A model generated the notes under the pieces. It was not told the origin of the DNA, did not search any database, and was given only the letters and a program-made list of their open reading frames with translations. Position numbers and translations under genes: made by a program. Positions 25,959-33,467 of a DNA stretch of 33,467 bases are shown here, in pieces; position 1 is the stretch's first letter, and each line of letters starts with the position of its first letter. The stretch spans positions 1-33,467 of the forward strand of contig JAHFHV010000005.1 of assembly GCA_023246725.1 (NCBI GenBank), written 5' to 3'. The DNA comes from Candidatus Magasanikiibacteriota bacterium. Its GTDB lineage: Bacteria; Patescibacteriota; Patescibacteriia; Magasanikbacterales; GWA2-37-8.

Positions 25959-25989
25959 CTTTCCTTTAGAGGGGGCTAGCGCGCACCCC

Positions 25990-28263
<2,274 letters not shown>

Positions 28264-28971
28264 TCACTCTTTAACAAAAAAATATTTTCTTGCTTCGGCA
28301 ATAGTTTTTGGCAGTCGTGGACGACCGTCTTGAGGATGTCTCACTCGCTCCGTATAGGCCAAGTGATTCATCAGCGCCTTAAAATAACGTTCTCCCTTGG
28401 GTTGACGTTCTAAATAATCAAGAACAAACTTTCTATTGCTATATACTTCATCCCCGGCCGCTATATGGAAACGTGATAGCAAAAATGCCGCGAATGCTGT
28501 TGCTAGGTGTGGCCTATCGGCTGACGGGTTTTCGCTCAGTTCGTTATTATCAATCGCTTCAATAAACGCAGTCAAATAAGCTTGGGTCATTTCCGGCGAA
28601 ATATCAACCGCCACCACGGTTGAATTCTCCAAATTCCAAGAAGCCAGTTTTTCCTTCATCGCCTCCCCAAGCTCTTTTAAACGATCCGATCGCGGACGTT
28701 TCAACAATGACATCGGGTGGGGTTTCGGGTCAGGCGGCGCATCGTTAGAATTAAAAAATACAATCGTATCCAAATCCGATTCTGGCCGATCCGTCCCAAG
28801 CACGCGCGACCCAAAAAAACCAAAACCTTTAACTTCTGGAAACTTTTTTTGCACACCAGGTAAAGCGCGCTTTAACCCCTGCATCATACGCAAAGATTCC
28901 TCACTCGGCGCAAAGCGAAATGTGTCTAAATGCCCAGCTCGTTCAGTCATATTAACACTAAAATTAGCCAA
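28264..28971 (-). CDS. Nucleotidyltransferase-domain (pol-beta superfamily) hypothetical protein
   Basis: FFGSRVLGTDRPESDLD (GS...DxD); start uncertain (TTG 28971 or ATG 28950). Confidence 0.7.
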   Translation of the reverse strand: MANFSVNMTERAGHLDTFRFAPSEESLRMMQGLKRALPGVQKKFPEVKGFGFFGSRVLGTDRPESDLDTIVFFNSNDAPPDPKPHPMSLLKRPRSDRLKELGEAMKEKLASWNLENSTVVAVDISPEMTQAYLTAFIEAIDNNELSENPSADRPHLATAFAAFLLSRFHIAAGDEVYSNRKFVLDYLERQPKGERYFKALMNHLAYTERVRHPQDGRPRLPKTIAEARKYFFVKE

Positions 28972-29079
28972 AATAACCTCAATTTTCTGAGTCTATTTTA
29001 CCATATTTTGGAACAACAATCAACCTAAAAACCAATCAAACCAGTATACCCCTCGACTTCGCTCGGGGTGACGTGCGCG

Positions 29080-29949
29080 TCACCAGCCAATCAAATCACT
29101 ATACCAATGGACAATCTGGCTCCCCCAAAACAGCGCCACGAGTGTACCAACCGACAGAAACGTCCCAAAGGGAATTTCGGAACGCATCCCCTTCTTTTTA
29201 AAAATGAGGAGTGGTAAAGCGACCACTGCTCCTAAAATATAACTAATAAACAGCGCCGCCAAAATATTCGGCCAACCAAGGAGCGCGCCCATAAGTACCC
29301 CCAGGCGCACATCCCCACCGCCAATCCAACGGCCCTTAGAGACAATATATTGCAACAGAAAAAACCCGCTGCCCACCGCCATGCCCAAGAGTAGGCTATA
29401 AGCACTAAGCCCTAAGAAAAAATAATTAATAATTAAAGCCACAACCGCGCCAGCCCAAACTAAATTAGATACAATTAAATAATATTTTAAATCGTACACA
29501 AATATTACCGTAAGCAAAGCAAAGAAAAACAAATCACGAAAAATTTCCGCTGGAATAATAATCGAATGATGAAAATCATACCACGCCAAAAAAATAAATC
29601 CGAGCCCCGTCGCAAGCTCAACAAAAAAATAATCCCGCGGAATAGATTTCTTGCAGGTCTTGCATTTGCCCCAAAGCACTATAAAACTAACTAGTGGAAT
29701 ATTCTCAAACCACGCCAGCTTCCGACCGCAATGGACGCAGACACTTCGTCGAGCCAACACCCCCCTGCCCCCCTGCGACCTTTTCGACAAGCTCAAGGTC
29801 GCCTCGAGCGAACTGAGAGGCGCGGGGGGATTCGACGAAACCCCGTAGATTCGCCACATCCATGAATTCAAATAACTGCCCAGTGCAGTTCCCAAAATCA
29901 TAATCAACGCATACCCAAACAAAGGTGGCAAGGAGAAGTTTAAAATCAT
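29080..29949 (-). CDS. pilD: Prepilin peptidase (A24)
   Basis: GSYLN, RSVCVHC, ENIPLVSF, GKCKTC, YDL, GGGD and IPFGTFL motifs. Confidence 0.93.
   Translation of the reverse strand: MILNFSLPPLFGYALIMILGTALGSYLNSWMWRIYGVSSNPPAPLSSLEATLSLSKRSQGGRGVLARRSVCVHCGRKLAWFENIPLVSFIVLWGKCKTCKKSIPRDYFFVELATGLGFIFLAWYDFHHSIIIPAEIFRDLFFFALLTVIFVYDLKYYLIVSNLVWAGAVVALIINYFFLGLSAYSLLLGMAVGSGFFLLQYIVSKGRWIGGGDVRLGVLMGALLGWPNILAALFISYILGAVVALPLLIFKKKGMRSEIPFGTFLSVGTLVALFWGSQIVHWYSDLIGW
29758..29832. repeat. Nested palindromic insertion in pilD
   Basis: C-rich/G-rich outer arms enclosing GCGACCTT-TTCGACAAGCTC-AAGGTCGC and CCTCGAGCGAACTGAGAGG. Confidence 0.75.
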
Positions 29950-29956
29950 AACAAAC

Positions 29957-30036
29957 AGTTATTAGTTATTGGTAATTAGTTATTAGTACGACCGGCCACA
30001 ATCACTACCAATAACCAGTAACTACTAACCAATAAC
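29957..30036. repeat. Heptamer (GTTATTA/TAATAAC-like) inverted repeat
   Basis: AGTTATTAGTTATTGGTAATTAGTTATTAGT versus ACTACCAATAACCAGTAACTACTAACCAATAAC. Confidence 0.75.
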
Positions 30037-30060
30037 GGTAGGTAAACAGATTATATCACA

Positions 30061-30094
30061 AAATAAAAAAGAACACCCCCGAAAGAGGATGTTC
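30061..30094 (-). terminator. Intrinsic terminator after pilin
   Basis: GAACA...TGTTC stem with a T tract on the minus strand. Confidence 0.65.
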
Positions 30095-30106
30095 AATTTA
30101 AAAACT

Positions 30107-30541
30107 TCATTTTCCAATCCCCGTTGGCGTTACTTTAATTGGGCCGGTTAGCCCGTTCACATTGCTCTCTAAGCTCGCGGTAATGGTGTACGTATTGGCT
30201 CCTTTGGTATACACGTAATTGGCGTTTGGGCTCTCCGGGTCAGCCGGAATATTTGGCATGTACGAATTAGCGCACCCGCTTGCCTGCCAGCCTTGGTCAT
30301 TTAAACAGGCCGCGCTGCCCCCTCCCAAAACTACGCTATTGCCAGATGGATAGTCGGTTTTATCGCTATAATATAACTCCAAGGCGCTTTGAAATTGTTT
30401 TAAATCGGATAACCGCTTGGCATCGCGCGCTTTTTGTTTGGCCGAACCCAAAGCCACCACCGCAAGCGTTGACAAAAGTCCAATGATCGCAATCACGACT
30501 AAAAGTTCAATAAGGGTAAAGCCATTTTTTTTCATATTCAT
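30107..30541 (-). CDS. Type IV pilin / GspG-like pseudopilin
   Basis: G|FTLIELLVVIAIIGLL cleavage motif; KARDAKRLSDLKQ..ALELYY and IPADP motifs. Confidence 0.92.
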   Translation of the reverse strand: MNMKKNGFTLIELLVVIAIIGLLSTLAVVALGSAKQKARDAKRLSDLKQFQSALELYYSDKTDYPSGNSVVLGGGSAACLNDQGWQASGCANSYMPNIPADPESPNANYVYTKGANTYTITASLESNVNGLTGPIKVTPTGIGK

Positions 30542-30565
30542 GATAATTTACGAGATAAATGCCAG

Positions 30566-30653
30566 CGAAACCTGCTCCTGCCTCCTCCTTTGCAAAGGAG
30601 GAGCGGCGACGCATCCCTCTCCTTCGCAAAGGAGAGGGTAGGGAGAGGTCTCG
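30566..30653. repeat. CCCTCTCC-family twin-hairpin element, intergenic
   Basis: CGAAACCT...AGGTCTCG with hairpins CTCCTCCTTTGCAAAGGAGGAG and CCCTCTCCTTCGCAAAGGAGAGGG. Confidence 0.9.
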
Positions 30654-30665
30654 TAAATTCAAATT

Positions 30666-31049
30666 TTATAAATGCAAAACCGCGCGCACTTTTTCCACAA
30701 CTTCCGATGGTTTAAAATGCGCTTTAATTAAATAATCCACCGCCCCCGCCTGCAATCCCTTTTCCACGTCATCCTTTTGCCCTAGATTGGTTAAGAGTAT
30801 CACCGGAATTTTTTTAGTGGCGGCTTCGGCTTTTAGTTTCGCGAGTACGCCAAAACCATCTAGCTTAGGGAGTAAAATATCCAAAAGCACAATGTCGGGT
30901 TTTTTCTTTTTGGCGTCTTGCCAGCCTTTTTCGCCGTCACCAGCCACGCTTACCTTAAAACCTTCCATTTCAAACTTTTTCTGATAGATTCCCGCCAAAA
31001 ATGTGTCGTCCTCAACGAGGAGTACGTGAATTTGATTTTTTTCTGCCAT
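30666..31049 (-). CDS. Single-domain response regulator
   Basis: LLVEDD, PDIVLLDILLP, VILLTN and GAVDYLIK motifs. Confidence 0.93.
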   Translation of the reverse strand: MAEKNQIHVLLVEDDTFLAGIYQKKFEMEGFKVSVAGDGEKGWQDAKKKKPDIVLLDILLPKLDGFGVLAKLKAEAATKKIPVILLTNLGQKDDVEKGLQAGAVDYLIKAHFKPSEVVEKVRAVLHL

Positions 31050-31058
31050 ATAAATATC

Positions 31059-31139
31059 AGTTTATAAAGTTATCAAGTTGAAAGTTAAAATGCCACGTTT
31101 ACCTCTTTATAAACCTTATAACTTTACAAACTTTTAACT
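31059..31139. repeat. AAGTT/AACTT periodic inverted repeat
   Basis: AGTTTATAAAGTTATCAAGTTGAAAGTT versus CTTTATAAACCTTATAACTTTACAAACTTTTAACT. Confidence 0.6.
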
Positions 31140-31145
31140 CCTACA

Positions 31146-32357
31146 CTATACCATATTCCTAAGCGTAAGGCCAATGGCTACCGCCATCCGTGGGCCAATG
31201 GAGCGGAGCAGTGGCTTGAGCCGCTCCTGGTACACCACCCGCCCCCACGGGTCGCCAATGTAACATTTTATTTTAAATTTGTCGGCCATCGCATCGGTTA
31301 AATATGGCAAATGCGCCGCGCCGCCGGTAAACACAATCTTTTCCGGTCGTTTTTGCTCGTTGCCGCTTTGGCGCAAATACAAATCAAAACTAAATTCAAT
31401 TTCTTTGGCAATCGGGTCAATAATGCCGTTAAACAAATCAATAAATTTTTCGCGCGGTAGACCGAGGGTGCCGTTAGAAAGAAAAAAACTATCAAACAAA
31501 TCACGTTTCATTTGTTCAATCAAGGTCTCCTCTACCCCTAAAATGCGTTTAAGAATTTGGTTAATGCGGCTGCCGCCCATTTCTATGCTGTGATGCGTAA
31601 TCGGGACGGCGCGATCAATAATAAAAAAGTTCGTGCGCTCGGCGCCAATGTCCACCAGCATGGTTACGGCCATGTCGCGGCCAATCAGAGAACGCGACAG
31701 CGCCATGGACTCCGGCTCTAAAGAATCCAGTTTTAAGCCGGCGGCCCCAAAAATTTTAGTGTAATAAACGACTAACGCGCGCGGCACGGCGTTAACGAGG
31801 ACGCGCTGGCTTTTATCCCCTTCCAAATGCGGCAGTACTTGATAATCCAAAGCGGTTTCTTCTAAACTATAGGGCAATAATTTTTTAACTTCCGCTTTTA
31901 AAATTTTATCAAACTCATCTTTTTTCACCATTGGAATGGTGACAATGGAATGAAACACGCCCGACACCGGTAAACTTACCACCGCCACTTTTGACACCGT
32001 CTTAGCTTGTTGACACACCTCCTTAATCATGGTGGCGTACTTTTCTATTTTTTGCTGGTCTATTTGCGTAGAGGCAGGCTCGGTTTGATTTGTCCCGACG
32101 GCAGTCGAGGATCCCGCTCGCTGCGGGACCGTCATCTGCGCTGGCGAGAGCTCTCCGCTCGTTTGGCTCCGTAATTCATCCACAGACTTTTCCTGCACCG
32201 CTAAAAGATGATGCACATCCTGCGATTCTGAAGTAAAGCCATAGGTAAACAAAACCGGGCGATTTTTTTCCCGCCTTAATTCCACAATTTTTACACCCCC
32301 TGCCCCTAAATCAACCCCCAGGTAGGATTTTAGTTTGCCAAATAACATATACACCAT
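31146..32357 (-). CDS. pilM: Type IV pilus assembly protein PilM
   Basis: LGVDLGAGGVKIVEL, LPY...LDY, LVDIGAERT, FTGGAA and AVAIGLTLR motifs; true start possibly ATG 32348. Confidence 0.92.
   Translation of the reverse strand: MVYMLFGKLKSYLGVDLGAGGVKIVELRREKNRPVLFTYGFTSESQDVHHLLAVQEKSVDELRSQTSGELSPAQMTVPQRAGSSTAVGTNQTEPASTQIDQQKIEKYATMIKEVCQQAKTVSKVAVVSLPVSGVFHSIVTIPMVKKDEFDKILKAEVKKLLPYSLEETALDYQVLPHLEGDKSQRVLVNAVPRALVVYYTKIFGAAGLKLDSLEPESMALSRSLIGRDMAVTMLVDIGAERTNFFIIDRAVPITHHSIEMGGSRINQILKRILGVEETLIEQMKRDLFDSFFLSNGTLGLPREKFIDLFNGIIDPIAKEIEFSFDLYLRQSGNEQKRPEKIVFTGGAAHLPYLTDAMADKFKIKCYIGDPWGRVVYQERLKPLLRSIGPRMAVAIGLTLRNMV
32090..32133. repeat. GTCCCGAC...GCGGGAC element in-frame in pilM
   Basis: 44 nt with 2 mismatches to 26439-26482 in ligA. 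Confidence 0.92.
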
Positions 32358-32425
32358 TATAGCAAGAAATCACCTAACATTACAGGAGCACTGTTGATAA
32401 GTATAGCCAGATAGGATAGAATGGT

Positions 32426-32532
32426 AATGTCAAAATCCAAATGACTAATGTCAAATCAAGTCCAAACTCCAAATGTCAAAATTTTGAATTTTAGATTTTG
32501 AGCTTGTTTTGACATTTGAAATTTGACATTTG
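32426..32532. repeat. AT-rich heptamer-based inverted repeat element
   Basis: Homolog of 4777-4889. Confidence 0.85.
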
Positions 32533-32544
32533 TGATTAACATTT

Positions 32545-33467
32545 ATGCTTCAATTCTACAATACCCTAAAGAGAAAAATTGAGCCGTTCACAGAACCAAA
32601 GAAGAAACAAACTGGCCTCTACACCTGCGGCCCAACCGTATACAACTACGCGCACATTGGTAATTTGAGAACCTATATTTTTGAGGATATTCTTAAACGT
32701 ACGCTTGTATATAACGGTTACAAAGTTAAGCACATCATGAATATAACGGACGTAGGACACTTGACGAGCGATGCCGACGAAGGCGAGGATAAGATGGAAA
32801 AGGGCGCGGCGCGCGAAGGCAAAAGCGCGTGGGAGATTGCTAAATTTTATGAAGCCGCTTTTTTGAACGACCTTAAAGACTTAAACATTTTACCGGCCGA
32901 TAAACTCCCCCGCGCTACCGATCACATTAAAGAACAAATAAAACTGGTAGAGACGCTTGAGAAAAAAGGTTTTACCTATAAAACTTCTGACGGAGTGTAT
33001 TTTGATACATCTAAACTTTCCAATTACGGAAAATTAGCAAACTTAAAAAACCAATCACTCAACGCTGGCTCACGAGTAGAGATGCGCGAAAAAAAACATC
33101 CTACTGACTTCGCACTGTGGAAGATGAGCCACCCAAAGGGGGCTCACCTCGAGCAAGCGAAGCGCGTCGAGAGGCAAATGGAATGGCTTAGCCCCTGGGG
33201 CGTGGGTTTTCCGGGCTGGCATTTAGAATGCTCGGCCATGAGTGTTAAATATCTGGGCCAGCCGTTTGATATTCACACCGGCGGCATTGATCACATCCCC
33301 GTGCATCACACCAACGAAATTGCCCAAAGCGAAGCGGCCACGGGCAAAGAGCTGGCGAAAGTTTGGATGCACGGAGAATTTTTGGTCATTCCAGGTGGTG
33401 ACAAAATGGCTAAATCCGCAGACAACTTTATCACTCTCCAGGCTCTTAAAGACAAAGGCATCTCCCC
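32545..33467 (+). CDS. cysS: Cysteine--tRNA ligase, 3'-truncated by the window edge (not in ORF track)
   Basis: Manual translation: [67 protein letters not shown] and KMAKS. Confidence 0.97.
   Translation, partial: MLQFYNTLKRKIEPFTEPKKKQTGLYTCGPTVYNYAHIGNLRTYIFEDILKRTLVYNGYKVKHIMNITDVGHLTSDADEGEDKMEKGAAREGKSAWEIAKFYEAAFLNDLKDLNILPADKLPRATDHIKEQIKLVETLEKKGFTYKTSDGVYFDTSKLSNYGKLANLKNQSLNAGSRVEMREKKHPTDFALWKMSHPKGAHLEQAKRVERQMEWLSPWGVGFPGWHLECSAMSVKYLGQPFDIHTGGIDHIPVHHTNEIAQSEAATGKELAKVWMHGEFLVIPGGDKMAKSADNFITLQALKDKGIS

Overview
Bacterial chromosome segment that looks like Patescibacteria/CPR (Parcubacteria/ABY1-like). This is inferred from gene content, the AT-rich leaders without Shine-Dalgarno (SD) motifs, the long tmRNA tag and the type IV pilus genes. 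Core content: NlpC/P60-like fragment, mraY, an Arg-tRNA-protein-transferase-like gene, NUDIX, mpl/murC, LysW-like peptide, PLP enzyme, surface-polysaccharide genes, smpB-ssrA-infC-rpmI-rplT, tRNA-Asp, M23 peptidase, asparaginase-like gene, ligA, pilD, pilin, response regulator, pilM and a partial cysS. Two unusual layers sit on top. (1) Several distinct families of small palindromic or tandem repeat elements occur both between genes and as translated in-frame insertions inside at least eight genes, including essential ligA and cysS. They also supply the stop codons of three genes. (2) High-GC cassettes (two myxobacteria-like Cys-rich secreted proteins at 13.1-17.7 kb, two small membrane proteins at 25.5-26.0 kb) carry strong SD sites that the native genes lack, with AT-rich promoters, boxA-like motifs and structured UTRs. 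A separately promoted ~85-nt hairpin RNA displaying an anti-SD loop lies at 23.7 kb. No transposase, integrase or CRISPR array was seen. All calls come from reading motifs by eye; no searches were run.
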